From: Lama glama
Taxonomy: Eukaryota
NCBI GenBank assembly: GCA_028534125.1
Contig: CM052816.1
Span: forward strand, 75,208,001-75,272,000
Direction of reading: 5' to 3'
Length of the DNA: 64,000 nt
Part shown: piece after piece, positions 1 through 12,868 of the stretch
How positions within the stretch are numbered: position 1 is the stretch's first letter
Layout: every line of letters begins with the position of its first letter
Notes under the pieces: generated by a model
What the model was told of the DNA's origin: nothing
Database searches by the model: none
What the model saw: the letters and a program-made list of their open reading frames with translations, nothing else
Translations under genes and position numbers: made by a program

Positions 1-1079
1 GAGCTAGACAAGGGCTCACCTATCAGAAGGTACCAGTGGTGTCTCAGTAGCATTGGAGGTTTCAGGGGGTTGAGGCAGTGCATTGGCAGGTACTCATTTT
101 TGGACCTTCAGCAAACAAAAGTGGCACTGTTTCAGTTAATGGGAAGATCTCACCACAAATATCTGGAGTCTGGATGGGAGGTGAGAGGAGGAGAATGGTA
201 GGTTCAATATGTGTACATAAAAATCCAACCATTGAAAGTGCAAGAATCACTCAGTGTGTTCATAGTGGGATGCTACACGGAGCCAACCACTACCCAACTG
301 GAAGAATTACCATCCTGTGACTGTACTTGGGCACCTGCTCTCCTGCCAAGGTTGAAGTGGTCTGGAAAACACACCTGCTTTTTCAGTCTAAAAGAATTCT
401 TTCCTTCAATAAAGGATTCATCCCAGTGTTCTTTGGATGGTGCGAATAAGATTGTCTTTATCGAAATATTTCTATTAGAGACATTTTTCACAGAACATCT
501 CATTTATGCAGAGTGAGGATTTTCTAAGCTTTTGGTTGCCATTGTAATCATACATGGGAAAATGGATTGGAAATTAGGGGCTTTTACTTGAAGATTACTA
601 AATTGAGTCAAAAGTAAGTTTTTCTAAAAACAAAGATGGGCACACACTTGCTCCTTCTCTTTACCTATCTAAGAGTATATCTCTTGGACACCAGAGCATT
701 AGTGAAGCATTATTGCATAATTTATATCATGAGGAAATGAACTGCTAGTGGAAAAGCTTTTTGAGGATAATTCAATAAAAAGTGTGTGGAAGTAACTGCC
801 CAATCTTTGTAATGGTGCTAATATAAAATACTAGACATTTCTTAAAGTATTTCTTTTTACAGAGGTCCTAATTTCTATTAGATACAATTTGGTGACTTTC
901 TCACTATAAATTGGAAAGGCTTTAGTGGTTCTTGCTAAACTAGAAACTATTAAATTCATCTGACCAGAGTTGTTTAAATTATTAGTATGATATCACTCCT
1001 TTTTAAGAGGATTTTTGTAATCCTGTTTAGTATTGCCCATTTCATGAAAAACGAAGATTTCAAATAGCTCAAAGAATAA

Positions 1080-1475
1080 GAAAAATGCTTCAAGGACAGG
1101 GGAGTGCAGATATCTCTTCAAGACCATGATTTCAATTCTTTTGGATATTTTCCTTCCATTTATGGCAGAATGGATGAAACTAAGGGCATTATGATGAGTT
1201 AAATCAGACAGAGAAAGACAAACACTGTATGGCACCACTTACATGTGAAACAAAGAATTCCAGTCTAAATTTTACAGACAGACAGTAGAAAGACAGTGGC
1301 CAGAGACTGGGGAGAGGAGGAAACAGGGAGATACAGGTGGTCAAAGGATACAGACTCTCAGGTATAAGAAGAATGAGCACTTGAGGAGCTCATGTTTAGC
1401 CTGGTGACTATGGTTAGAATACAACATTCTATGTTTGAAAGTTGCCGAGAGAAGATCTTAAGCATTATCACTGCA
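1080..1475 (+). mobile_element. Old L1 (L1MA-like) 3' fragment with inverted 5' part
   Basis: 1080-1150 is minus-strand L1 ORF2 C-terminal sequence (reverse complement atatccaaaagaattgaaatc...gatatctgcactccc). 1153-1475 is plus-strand L1 ORF2 end and 3' UTR (ccattt...atggatgaaact...cagacagagaaagacaaac). Confidence 0.75.
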
Positions 1476-1514
1476 TTTTTCTTCTAAGAGATTATGCTTT
1501 CCGTAGGAATAAAA

Positions 1515-1915
1515 GTATGTGATCTCACTTATTTGAGGAACCTAAAAAAACTGAACTCATAAAAGCAGAGAGTAGAAAAGTGGTTTCCAGGAGTTCGATT
1601 GGGGTAAGTGGGAGACAGTGATTAAAGGGCACACAGTCCAGTCGTGTCAGATAAATAAGTTCTAAAGATCTAATGTACAGCATGGTAACTGCAGTTGACA
1701 ATACTGTACTGTATATTTGACATTTTCCAAGAGATAGATCTATGTGTTTTCATCACACACACACACAGAGAATGATAACTATGTGAGGTGATGGACACAT
1801 TAATTGAGTGGTGATCATTTCACAATGTATATGTATACCAAGTCATCACATTGTACACCTTAAATATACATACAATTTAATTTGTCAATTATACCTCAAT
1901 AAAGATACAAAAAAG
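1515..1915 (+). mobile_element. L1MA-like 3' UTR with AATAAA and A tail
   Basis: gatctcactta...agcagagagtagaa...gatctaatgtacagcatggt...cattgtacaccttaaatata...tatacctcaataaa. Confidence 0.9.
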
Positions 1916-2214
1916 TTTCAATTACATTTAAAAATTACATTGTTCATGTATAATTTGAATGAGAAAAATTAATAAAAAAAGGCAATAAACTTACCATTAA
2001 GTAAATAAAATTTCTGATAGTTTAATCAAAGTTGTTCATCTGGCATTTCTGACTGCAGCAAACATTTTACTGGCAAGCAAATCTATTCAGTCTCAATAGT
2101 TTTTATTTTCTGCTTAGAAGAGAACAAAGGGTAATGTCTTTAAATAAGAAAATTTTGGTTGATAGTAACAGTGTTAATTCATATTGTAGAATTTTTTGTG
2201 ATCCTATAAATTTC

Positions 2215-2862
2215 CCTTTTTTTAATTAAAAAATTTTATAGAAGTATAGTTGATTTACAATGTTCTGTTAATTTCTGGTGTACAGCATAGTGATTCAGTT
2301 ATATGTATATATATATATACTTCTTAATTTTTTTTTCATTATAGATTATTACAAGATAATAAATGTAGTTCCCTGTGCTATACAGTGGGACCTTGATGTT
2401 TATCTATTTTATATATATAGTAATTTGCATCTGCTAATCCCAAACTCCTGATTTATCTCTCTTCACCCTCCTTTCCCCTTTGGTAACCATAAGTTTGTTT
2501 TCTATGTCTGTGAGTCTCTTTCTGTTTTATAAATAAGTTCATTTGGATCACTTTTTTTTTTAATTCCACATGTAAAAGACATTATGTGATTTTTTTCTTT
2601 GTCTGACTTACTTCGCTTAGTATGATAATCTCTAGGTCCATCCATGTTGCTGCAAATGGCATTATTTCATTCTTTTTTATGGCCAAACAGTATTCCATTG
2701 TGTATATATATCACATCTTCTTTATTCAATCTTCTGTTGATGGACATTTAGGTTGCTTTCATGTCTTGGCTGTTGTAAATAGTGCTACATTTACATGGGG
2801 TGCATGTGTCTTTTCCAATTAGAGTTTTCTCCCAATATATGCCCAGGAGTGGAATTGTTGGA
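2215..2862 (-). mobile_element. Young lineage-specific L1 3' end, 5'-truncated, with TSD
   Basis: Poly-T followed by gaagtatagttgatttacaatg...ggagtggaattgttgga. 15-bp TSD gatcct(a/g)taaatttc at 2200-2214 and 2863-2877. Confidence 0.95.
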
Positions 2863-2904
2863 GATCCTGTAAATTTCTAATGGCAAATGTAATGTTGCTT
2901 GGAG

Positions 2905-3405
2905 AAAGGGAAGTGGGTAGATACAGAAGGCATGGTTTTCAAATCTGTGGTAACACAAAGCTAAGAAAATTTGATGCAGTGACTATTTAGCTTTAGGTTC
3001 AAAACTATGTGGCTTGACTGATGATGTGCAAAATCTAACAATAAGAAATCTACGGACGAAAAAATGTAAATTACTGCATTTAGTTTCAAAAATTCACCTA
3101 AGTATAGTTTTGAGAATTGAACGTATAGTGATTCAGGTATGAAGAGTTAGAAGTTTTAAGTGACTTGCTTTCTAAAGAAAATATGAAAAATAGCTTGTGA
3201 TAATAAAAGTCTGGGGTTCAAGTTATGGGATGTGCTGGTCCCTTTTTCCTCTGTACAGGTTGGGCCATGACTTGCTCTATTCCACTTGGTATGCTAAGTT
3301 CATTCACTTCTCCCCAGGAAAGTGAAACATGGTACTAGGGTTGGGCAAACATGTCCCATAAAAATGATTTAGACAACCTGAGAATATTTAACCTGGAGAA
3401 GCAAA
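2905..3405 (+). mobile_element. CR1/L3 LINE RT-region fragment
   Basis: Degenerate matches to CR1: ggcatgg..ttcaaatctgtggtaacacaaagct (FADDTKL region), aaatgtaaattactgcatttagtttcaaaaa, and gagaatatttaacctggagaag. Confidence 0.7.
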
Positions 3406-3489
3406 TGAATTTAATAAAAACATTCTAATTGCTTATCCCTTCTCATCTCTCCTACATCTTGTTATTGCTGAATTGCCACAAAATTTAGT

Positions 3490-3830
3490 TCTCTGTCTTT
3501 CTCGCTTTTCCATCTATCCTAACTCTGCTGATCATTGCACTTGGTCTTATGGCTTCAAATATCATCTACACGCTAACAACTACCACATGTGTATCTCTAA
3601 TGCCAACTCCCAGGAACTCTAGTCTCATATTGAACTATTAACTCAACATCTATATGTGTATGAATAAAAACTTTCCAAGATAACATGATCAAAACTGAAT
3701 AACTGCTCTGAACGCCCTCATTCCCTTTCCTCCTGAAGACTGGTTCTCAGGCATTCTTCCCCATAGAAGTAAGTGACAACTGCATCCTTCATTAGCTTAG
3801 GTCCAAATTGTTGGAGTCTTGCTTCTTTCT
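3490..3830 (+). mobile_element. L2 ORF2 fragment
   Basis: atggcttcaaatatcatctacacgctaacaac (degenerate YHLYADD region), then aacatgatcaaaactgaa. Confidence 0.8.
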
Positions 3831-4789
3831 GATCATTGCAAAGGGAACATAATGCCTGACAGATGTGTAGGAGGGAGATGGGGGACACACATAGATCAGG
3901 TAGAAGCCAGTCTCATCTCAGCAAGTCCATAGGAAGCCTTCAAAAATGTGTTTGGAGGAGACTTTGGACAGTGAAGATGCAGTAGTGAGTGTGCCTTCCA
4001 AGAAGAGTCCTGTAGTTCTAGACACCTGCTGCTCTCATCATGTCTGTGGATGAGAGAGAGAAAGGCATAATGAAAGTTACATTCTAAAATGGGTTGCCTC
4101 CTTCAGGAGAGGTTGTTTCATGATGTTTGGGATAGTCTGACTCTGAACACACTCAAGTATTGGCAACTGCAAGAGGCACATTGATGCCTGCTCTTGGTGA
4201 TACTGAGAACAAAGCTTTTAATGATGGTTTTACCCACAGGGTGCAATGCAAAACCCAACACCTGTGACTGTTCAGTCTTCTGTTATTCTGCAAGTAATTA
4301 TACTATTCATGGAACACAATAATCCGCAATATTTTTCAGAGGAAAAAGAACAAATTCTGCCTCTCTTGGTTCAGTTTCCAGAGCAAATTTCAACAGCCTT
4401 ACTGTTCTACAGGGAAAAGAAAACTAAAAGCAAACCCCAGTGAGAACTGGATGTACAGAAAATGGCTATGGATCTCATGGAATATGTTTATATAAAATGT
4501 CCCTCTCATTTGTCTTTTGCATAGATACAGTGTATTTTAAAATCCAGCATTCAACCTACCATAATTATTCACTGTTCTGTGCATTTGGTGATCACACATT
4601 TGCCATGTACTGACCGTGCCTTTGCACGGATATGCTATAATCAATGGAACAAAATTGGAGTATTCATTTGCCCTGCGATTTAGCAGCTAGACCCCACTAG
4701 AATACAGGATGTGTCAGAGTTTAATTGGGTCTAATCTAAATGTGATTATAGATAAACATCAAGCAAAGCAAGACAAGTGGCCAATTTTT

Positions 4790-5007
4790 TGTTACTTATT
4801 ATATTAAGGGGGCTAAGCACTCTGTATATGTTATTCCATTCATCCTCAAAAATAGCCCTATTTCTATTTTATAGATGAGGACAGTCGGTTTCATAGAAGT
4901 TTAAATAATTTGCCTGAGGACACACAACTAATAAGTGGCAGAGCCAGAATTTGAACCCAAGTCTTCTTGGTTTACTTCAAAGTCCATGTGGTTAGTTACT
5001 ATACCCA
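4790..5007 (-). mobile_element. MIR SINE
   Basis: attttatagatgagga...aatttgcctgaggacacacaactaataagtggcagagccagaatttgaaccca. Confidence 0.85.
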
Positions 5008-6111
5008 GATACTTCTCTATCACAAAAAGAGAAAAATAAAACAAAGGACTGACATGAAGAAACATAAAGAACCATGAGCTGCCTTCCTCTCCCGGGCGCC
5101 TGGAGGGCACCCAGGGTGCGGGGAGGCCACAGAGGAGGGCTGCGGTGACGATGAGCTGAAACACCTTTGACTTCTACCTGAATGTTTTAGAGACTTGTAG
5201 CCATTGACCTCATGAAAGTGATGAAGAGAATATGGGAAGAAACAGAGCTATTTAAAGGAAAACTGTCCCTAGGACTTTCGTAGGACAAAGCAGTTTTGCC
5301 ACAGTCTTCACACGCAGTGCTGTGAGCCACTGCCCCCTGGCAGACTTGTCTGCAGAGATAGTGGGAGAACAAAGGCCATGACACTTCAGTAGTTCGGCTT
5401 ATAATGAGGGCTGGGAGCCAGAGCCCGTGGAATTGCAGACGGGAAGAAGTGGTCTGGGGGTCTGACCTCCTAATGGCCTCGGAATCCTGAGCAGGATATG
5501 TTTTCATGCTGATGTAACTGAGGATCTGATTGCAGTCACTGGCTTTTAGTTATTTGAAGTTCGACTGAAATGGGGGAAGAACCCTGAAGTTTTGCCATTA
5601 ATTAGCAATGGCAAATTACTTTGGGAACATGTTTCTCTCTGGCTTTTAAGGTCAGACTCCTTCTTGCCTTGTTATTGCCAAAAGGGTCCATTAGATAGAA
5701 GAGAGTAACAAAGTTAACAGGAGATCATTGGCATATTAATTATGATTTTCTAATAAGTAATTGGCAAAGTATAAAATGGCTTATTTGTGCCTGTTTGCCT
5801 TTGTAAGGAAAACATCATATTGTCCTTGTGGGCTATAGAGAAATAAAGTGCATTTTCAGTATTTGTGCTTTAGGAATTCCCTAAGAGCCTGATGTCAGGA
5901 TGTAAGAAGCTTAGGCCAAAAAAGGCCCATATTTCCATGTTATAATGATAAGGAATCATTCGTTCAGAACCAGAAGACAGGTAAGGGTAGATACTAGTTT
6001 CACTGTAGTTTCTGCTTAAGGGAAAATTGTTTCCTAAATTCAAGAAAGGGCTTATTTGCATAGATATGGCAAAACCACACACATGAGTAATAAACTAATG
6101 CTTTAAAAAAT

Positions 6112-6545
6112 TGTATTAGTTTCCTAGAGCTGATGTTACAAATTACCACAAATCTGGCAGCTTAAAATAACAGAAAAATATTCTCTCCAGTTCTGAAGGC
6201 TAGAAGTCTGAAACAAGCTGTCTGTGAGGCCATGCTCTCTCTGAAGGCTCTCAGGGAGAATTCTTCCTCACTCTCAACTCGCTCCCGGTGGTTACCAGCG
6301 ATCCTTGGCCTTCGCTGGCTTGTAGACACATCACTCCAATCTCTGCCCGGGTTATCACACGGCCATTCTATGTGTGTATCCCTCTTCTTATAAGAATACA
6401 TTGTTGTATTATGGCCCTCTCTAATCTAGTATAACGTTAATATTAACTCGATTCCGTCTGCAAAGACTCTATTTCCAAATGATGTCACATTCACAGGTTA
6501 AAGGGGGGGACTTGAACATAATTTGGTGGTCTGGATCTCAACATA
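6112..6545 (-). mobile_element. MaLR solo LTR (MLT1C-like)
   Basis: tgtattagtttcctagagctg...acaaattaccacaaa...ctgcaaagactctatttccaaat..gtcacattcacagg. Confidence 0.9.
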
Positions 6546-6699
6546 CGATTCTGCTCCTTTGCTGTGTATTTCCCTTCTTACCAGTTTTTCTCTCTCAGAT
6601 ACTCAGAAGGCAGGTTTCCTATCTTTCCCCAGTTTTAACAAAGCAAAAATGAAGACTCAGAGAAGTGAGAATTTCAGGGCAACGTATTAACATTCAGAA

Positions 6700-7240
6700 C
6701 TCAGAGTCTAGTCGGGAAAACAGAAGTCACTGCAGCTTTTTCAATTGAGAGGATTTAATATAAGGAATTGGAGAACGGGAAAGGCACGAAAGAAGCACTG
6801 AGGTGACATAGGTCTAGTAACTGCGGGAGGGACAAAGGGGAGTGGTTGGACCTTGTCCTTGGGAAAGGAGCATCACACAGCTGGGACCCACACTGTGGTG
6901 GAGATGGTCCTGGCGGTCTTCTGTTATCTCCGACCGGCACAATGAGGCTAGTTATGTGAGTGTGGGGAAAAAAAACCAGGAAACCAGAGTCACCTGCCAC
7001 CGCCTGGGCGAAGAGCTGTTGCTGAGGTGACAGTGACAGGAACGGCAAGGACTCGGGAAGGAGCCTGTCCCTCTGCTTGTCATCAGAATCCCTTTAGTTA
7101 GTGGAGCAGCTTTTGCCAGAACCAAACTGGGAGCCATCTGGCAAAGGTGAGATGAGACTCAGAGTCCCAGCGGCAGCATCTCAAAGCAGAGTGTGGAAAG
7201 GCAGGTTTGGAGCTGAGCGACGTAGCTCAGTAACCAGCAA
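6700..7240 (-). mobile_element. ERVL solo LTR (LTR33-like)
   Basis: The reverse complement begins ...ctcagctccaaacctgcctttccacactctgctttgagatgctg and ends ccaattccttatattaaatcc...ttctgttttcccgactagac. Homologous to the element at 45195-45790. Confidence 0.75.
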
Positions 7241-7739
7241 ATGCAAGTCTGCAGAGCCAGTTTTCAGATTTGAAAGACTAGCTAACACTGGAAGCTGGTA
7301 GAAAGGAGGGAAAGGGGAGGAGTTAATGAAACTAGAGAGAAAGGTGAGGAGGAACGGGAAAGGGAAGAAAGACCTTCTCTTTTCAGGACCAGGAGGTTGA
7401 GGAGAATGGAATTGGTGTACTCACCGACACTGGACATTTTTAACCTCTGAACTGAGGGTTTTGGATGGAAACACATTGGATGGAGATAAGGGTGTGAGGA
7501 GAAAACCTCGCCTTCTAATCAGAGAGATTCTGATAGGAATTTTCCCATGACCTGGATCAGCTCCTGACACCGTCTCCCATTTTAAATTTCACAAATAGGG
7601 AATAACTACAATTTATTAAATGATCCTGTTCTATGCACTGAGGGGACTAAAAAATGAGTAATAAACATGTGTACAATTAATTGATGTAGTAATCAGTGGA
7701 TTAGGACTTCAGAGAACAAATAGATTATACTCTGTAATG

Positions 7740-7980
7740 CAGTGTTTCTCAACTTTTTTTTTTTTATTGTTATCCCTCTAAGGAGATTTTAAGGCATTTT
7801 TTTCCTAATTGTTTCTCCTCCCATGAAACTTTAATACCATAGGTCTACTGTACACATTTGTTTATACACCGTGGCCCTTTGGAGAAACATAAACCATTGT
7901 CAAGTCTAAGAGTTCCCCTTCCCACATCCCCCAAGACTAATATCGCCCGCTTGGGGGAACACCACCACTGAGAATTCATG
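7740..7980. mobile_element. hAT-Charlie-type MITE
   Basis: Begins CAGTGTTTCTCAA and ends CTGAGAATTCATG (imperfect TIRs). Internal ccctctaaggag...catgaaactttaatacca resembles MER-type Charlie derivatives. Confidence 0.7.
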
Positions 7981-7984
7981 CTAC

Positions 7985-8240
7985 GGTGAAGGCTGTCGAT
8001 GCCCCACCCGCGTTTTCTTTACAGGTGGCGCACCTGTCCCCCAGCCGCTGTGAGGACTGCCGTAGGAGAATTCTCTAGAGGATTGCCCTTCGCCAAAGGA
8101 AACTCCCCCAGTGGAGGTTTTACTCCTCCCACACCCCCACGAAAGCCAGTGGCCAATGGCTGACAGCGAGGTACCAAAGGCTGACACTCCGTTCCTGAGA
8201 GCATCTCCGTAGGCCTCTAATTGCATGTCAAACCAGAAGT
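7985..8240 (+). mobile_element. Possible ERVL LTR fragment (LTR16-like), GC/CpG-rich
   Basis: The motif ggccaatggctgacagcgaggtaccaaaggctg resembles the LTR16 core. Confidence 0.45.
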
Positions 8241-8364
8241 CTGGCCCCCAGGCCAACGCGCCAAGGCAAGCAAACAGGCCCCTTTCACAGACAGACTGGA
8301 GGTATGTCTGCTGTCTGTGCAGCCCCCTGGGCGTGAGAGCCAGCCAGGAGCAGACTCACCGATT

Positions 8365-8514
8365 GTTTTTTTCCTTAATTTTATTTTGTATTGTTGTAGT
8401 CGATTTACAGGGTTACAGGTGCACAGCAAAGTGCTTCAGCTATACATATGCATACATATTTTTTTTCTTTACAGATTCTTTTCCATTATATGTTATTACA
8501 AGAAACTGAAAATA
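8365..8514 (-). mobile_element. Young L1 3' end running into the gap
   Basis: Poly-T, gtagtcgatttacag...caggtgcacagcaaagtg...cagattcttttccattata. Confidence 0.9.
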
Positions 8515-9014
8515 NNNNNNNNNNNNNNNNNNNNNNNNNNNNNNNNNNNNNNNNNNNNNNNNNNNNNNNNNNNNNNNNNNNNNNNNNNNNNNNNNNNNNN
8601 NNNNNNNNNNNNNNNNNNNNNNNNNNNNNNNNNNNNNNNNNNNNNNNNNNNNNNNNNNNNNNNNNNNNNNNNNNNNNNNNNNNNNNNNNNNNNNNNNNNN
8701 NNNNNNNNNNNNNNNNNNNNNNNNNNNNNNNNNNNNNNNNNNNNNNNNNNNNNNNNNNNNNNNNNNNNNNNNNNNNNNNNNNNNNNNNNNNNNNNNNNNN
8801 NNNNNNNNNNNNNNNNNNNNNNNNNNNNNNNNNNNNNNNNNNNNNNNNNNNNNNNNNNNNNNNNNNNNNNNNNNNNNNNNNNNNNNNNNNNNNNNNNNNN
8901 NNNNNNNNNNNNNNNNNNNNNNNNNNNNNNNNNNNNNNNNNNNNNNNNNNNNNNNNNNNNNNNNNNNNNNNNNNNNNNNNNNNNNNNNNNNNNNNNNNNN
9001 NNNNNNNNNNNNNN
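8515..9014. other. Scaffold gap, 500 N
   Basis: Run of exactly 500 N directly after an L1 3' end. Confidence 1.
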
Positions 9015-10384
9015 TCAAGTTAAAGAATAGATCTAAGTGGGCTAGTAGGGTAGCTGTTTCTGAGAGTGGCTTTCCTATCTATTGCAGGGAGGTTAGGTAA
9101 TTGGGCAGTGTTCTGAAGAAAACAAGGCAATTCAGGGACTCAGAGAGCCTGCTTGCTTGCTTAAGCCCTTGGAGTGAGGTCAGGGAGACAGCAGAGGCAG
9201 ACACTTCTAGACCTGATTAGATGGGAAGTTCAGGCAGAGACACACATGAAGTAGTCCAAGGGCAGCAGAGGGTAGTTTAACAAAATGCAAGATTGTATGG
9301 TTCATCCATGGTGGCCATAAGATTGTAGAGAAAGGAGAGACTGATGTGGTTGGGTAATTATGTAGCTCCTGAGTGATAAAGCAGGGAAAAATAAAGAGAA
9401 AACACAAGATGTGGAATTTAATGCCATTTATAATTATAAATTACATAACCTCATTGTAGGCTGCTGTGTTGTGGTGGCATTAGGAGTAGGTGAGAAGCAG
9501 ATAGCTATTTTGGATAACCTTTTAAAGAGTTCTCTGTCTTCAGAGATCTGACATTTCCAGAAGAAGCCAGGCCAGAGTTTGTCAGATGCTCTGATTTTGG
9601 ACAAATGAGCTTTCTGTTGAGTTTCATTCTTCTTCTTCTTGGCAGAAAAATCAAACTGTAGCTTAGAGATTAAGAGAGAGACAGTGAGGAAATTTCATCA
9701 AGGATCCCTATGGATAATGGCCCTGAGCATTTGAGGAAGTGTATCCATTAAAAAACAGCAGAGGCCAAAAACAGACTGATAGGAATAGGAACAACCAAGG
9801 GATGAGGGATGGAAGTGAAGCGACTACAGGCACCCAGAAGGGGTGGAGTGAAGGGAATACCAGATTAGAGAGACAGTGACGGTTGGTGCGGATTCGCCTT
9901 GATGCGGGCTCTGCAGTTCCTGCTGATGCTGTCTTCTCACTATTAGCTTTGGCCCCATCTGTCCACACATTCTTGCCACTGCTCCTGTTTGGATCACAAT
10001 CATCACTCACTTGGGCTGTTACACACTCTCCCAGCGAGGCTCTCTATTTCAGGCCTTGCCTCTCCCAACCCTACCCCAATTCATTTACCACTTTGCTGCC
10101 GATGATCTTTCTAAACTATTCTAGCTAAAAGCAATGTAGAGGCTGGCCAGGGGAGGGTTGTTGATGAGAGGAGATTTGAGTTTTGTGAAGGCCATTCTGG
10201 CAATAGAATGGAGAAAGTTTGGGAGGTGCCTTCTAATTGAATTTCTTCCTTCTGTCCTTTCAAAGGATCCCCTAGTCTTTAAGTGTAAATCCTGGTTCCT
10301 TAGCTTGGTGTTCAAAGGCTTTTTGTAAATAGTCTTTATCTCCCTCACCAGTTATTGGACCTTTTCTTGCAGTTTAAATTGGTT

Positions 10385-10513
10385 CCTAATCAGAATTACC
10401 TGGGGACACAATAAAGATTCAGATTCCCTGGCCACATCCCCAGGGATTTCATTTTATTAGTCTTAGGGTTTGATCTGGAAATTAACATTTCCAAACAGTA
10501 CCCCGTGCTTACA
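10385..10513. mobile_element. MER5-type hAT-Charlie fragment
   Basis: atcagaattacctgggg...cagattccctggccacatccccag. Confidence 0.7.
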
Positions 10514-10521
10514 GTCTAGAC

Positions 10522-10698
10522 CAGTGTGGTCCAAACAGAACTTCCTCCTTATCTTTATCTGCATGGTCCAATACAGTAACTGTGATCTTGTATTATGGCT
10601 AGTACAACTGAGAAACTAAATTTTAATTGTAAATAATTTAAATGAATTTAATATAAAGAGCAACCTGTGGCTAGTGGGTGCCAAATTGGACAGTTCAG
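10522..10698. mobile_element. MER3-like hAT-Charlie MITE with perfect 8-bp TSD
   Basis: TIRs cagtgtggtccaa / ttggacagttcag. TSD GTCTAGAC at 10514-10521 and 10699-10706. Confidence 0.92.
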
Positions 10699-11209
10699 GT
10701 CTAGACTTTATGATGGCCATGCTGTGTGTGCAGTTCCCTGCCTTGGGGTCCAGGCAAAGGCTCCCCACTCCTGGAGCCTGCTCTCCACCAGTCACCACCT
10801 CCTCCCTTTGTGATCAGTTTCCATGTAATTTAAGTGCTTCCCCATGAGCCCTTCAGGTCTGGCCTAGCTACTCCTCCTCCCATATCACAAACCTATGCCT
10901 CTGTGTATCCCCAACACCTTGAGGGTTGTCTGGATAAAACACTCTCTGTACAAGCTCGTTGTAGAAATAAATAAATGGAAAAGTAAAGGCACAGAACAAT
11001 AGGTTGTAGAATCACTTAGCTGAGTAAGGCATTAGGTAGATACTGGTGATTAGAAGATAAAGATTCTTGTTTATTTACTGCAGCTTTGCTATATAAAATT
11101 CCACAGGGCTGAAACCAAGAAAATTAAACTGCTTATCTTTTGTGGCTAATAAGGCCAATGTCCTCTCCAAACTCTTTGTAGAGATAAGTTAGCTTTGCAA
11201 AGTTTGGGT

Positions 11210-11440
11210 GGCAGCATGGTTTTGGGAGAAATACCTTAGAGCCATACTGCCTGGATTGAAACATGGACTCTGTCACCTACCAGCTTGTGGCCTCAAGGAA
11301 GATGTTAAGTTACTCAACATTTCTTGTACTCAGCTTTGTCATCTACAAAATGGGTTAACTATAGTACCTACTTCTCAGTGTTGTTAATAAATTAATATTT
11401 TTAAGTGGCTTAGGACAATATGTGGTACATATTAAGGAAT
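11210..11440 (+). mobile_element. MIR SINE
   Basis: gagccatactgcctggattgaaa...ctcagctttgtcatctacaaaatggg...atagtacctac. Confidence 0.85.
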
Positions 11441-11979
11441 TAAGTTTTTGTTAAATTAAAAGCAAACTTGGCTATTGGCTCCATTATTATCCCTAGTTAG
11501 TGATCTTGTATCTTGATCCAAAGCAGAATTAAGAGGAAAATGTGGGCAGCAAATATGCATTATCAATATTCAGCAACCACCTATGCCTTCTAGGACTCAA
11601 TCAAAATGAAGGAGTGGGAGAACTTCATGAACACAGAGACAGGCTCGTGGTAGAGAGCACTGTTCTATCTTAGAGACACTGTATGGACTGGAGAGTGTGA
11701 GAAATAGGTGAGAAGAAATTCTGGAAAGGTAAAAATGAAACAACCAACATTTTAATGAAATATGGTATGATTTTTACGTAAAAGGTAAGTTCCTTGAAAA
11801 ATGCCTCATTTCAGATCTTATCGCCTTTTCAATCTAAGCCTCAAGTGGATTTTGGAAGCAGAATTTGAACTCCCACCTCTACTTTCTCAAAGAACTGAGA
11901 ACAAAGAGAACAAAGATGTTGGGCATTTGACATATTCTTGTCCACTTATATTGTAACCTTTTCCTAATGGCAGCCTTCT

Positions 11980-12348
11980 TTCTCTTCAGGGGAATATCCT
12001 CCTTGCTACTGCAGGCATTCATGGTGGGGAGGAAGGTGCCCAGTCCACTTCTAGGGGATGGACATGAATCCAGCATGCACTAATAAGACACTTTCCTCTA
12101 GGATTTAAATTTTGAGGGGAGTGATACGTGGATAGGATATGCCAACCCAGCCATTCATTGCTTTGATACCTGGACCCCATAGTTAAGAAGTTCCTATAGC
12201 TTAGGAAGAAGTTTGCGCACTTCCTGACTTGGTTCTCCGGAATTCTGGCTTATTCAGAATTTTAGCTACTAAATACATCTCTAACAAATTCCACATTCTG
12301 TTTACATTAGCCAGAGATCGTTTTTGGTGTAAAGGATCCAAACTGATA
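11980..12348 (+). mobile_element. Old ERVL/MaLR LTR remnant
   Basis: The 3' end aacaaattcc...ttagccagagatcgttt...ctgata is typical of old LTR termini. Confidence 0.5.
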
Positions 12349-12584
12349 AAATTCCATATTTACTTAAGTCATGATCAAATGGAATAAATGGTGAATGCTG
12401 AAATTTTCTCTCAAAGCACTGTTTCTTTGAATATTCTTTTTATTGATTTTTAATTAGAAGAGGAAATTTCAAGGTTGCAATATTGAAATTTCTTGTGAAG
12501 AGGAAATGCTGAATATTTAAGGATATCAAGTAAGAAATAATGGGCTAATAAGGGAAATTGTGTCAAAAAAATCCATCTCTGGAA

Positions 12585-12804
12585 CAGAGGTCAGCAAACT
12601 TTCTGAAAAGGCCAGATAAGTAAATTTTTTAAGCTTTGAGGTTTATAGTCTTTGTCAAAACTCTTCAGCTCTGCCACTGTAGCACAAAAGCAGCTATAGG
12701 CAAGGTGTAAACAAATGAGCGTGACTTTGTTCCAATAAAACTTTATTCACAAATACAGGCAGCAGACAGGATGTGGCTCACTGGCAACAGTTTGCTGACA
12801 GCTG
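12585..12804. mobile_element. MER58A hAT-Charlie MITE
   Basis: cagaggtcagcaaact...ctcttcagctctgccactgtagcacaaaagcagc...gttccaataaaactttatt...agtttgctgacagctg (TIRs at both ends). Confidence 0.92.
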
Positions 12805-12811
12805 CGTTAGA

Positions 12812-12868
12812 ATTGTGCCTGGTGTATATCAAGCATTCAATAAATATTCATTGACTGGATGAATGAAA
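12812..12868 (+). mobile_element. L2 3' tail
   Basis: gtgcctgg...attcaataaatatt...gaatgaa. Confidence 0.7.

Noticed and set aside
1..520. Overlapping 62-101 aa ORFs at the window start as a possible gene or pseudogene
   Set aside because: No recognisable protein similarity or splice structure. BLASTX would be needed to exclude it fully.
5085..5160. GC/CpG patch with a CTCF-like cgcctggagggcac
   Set aside because: Mismatches at key motif positions, and too short to call an island.
8221..9030. Long ORFs (191-269 aa) in the track
   Set aside because: Artefacts of translating the N run.
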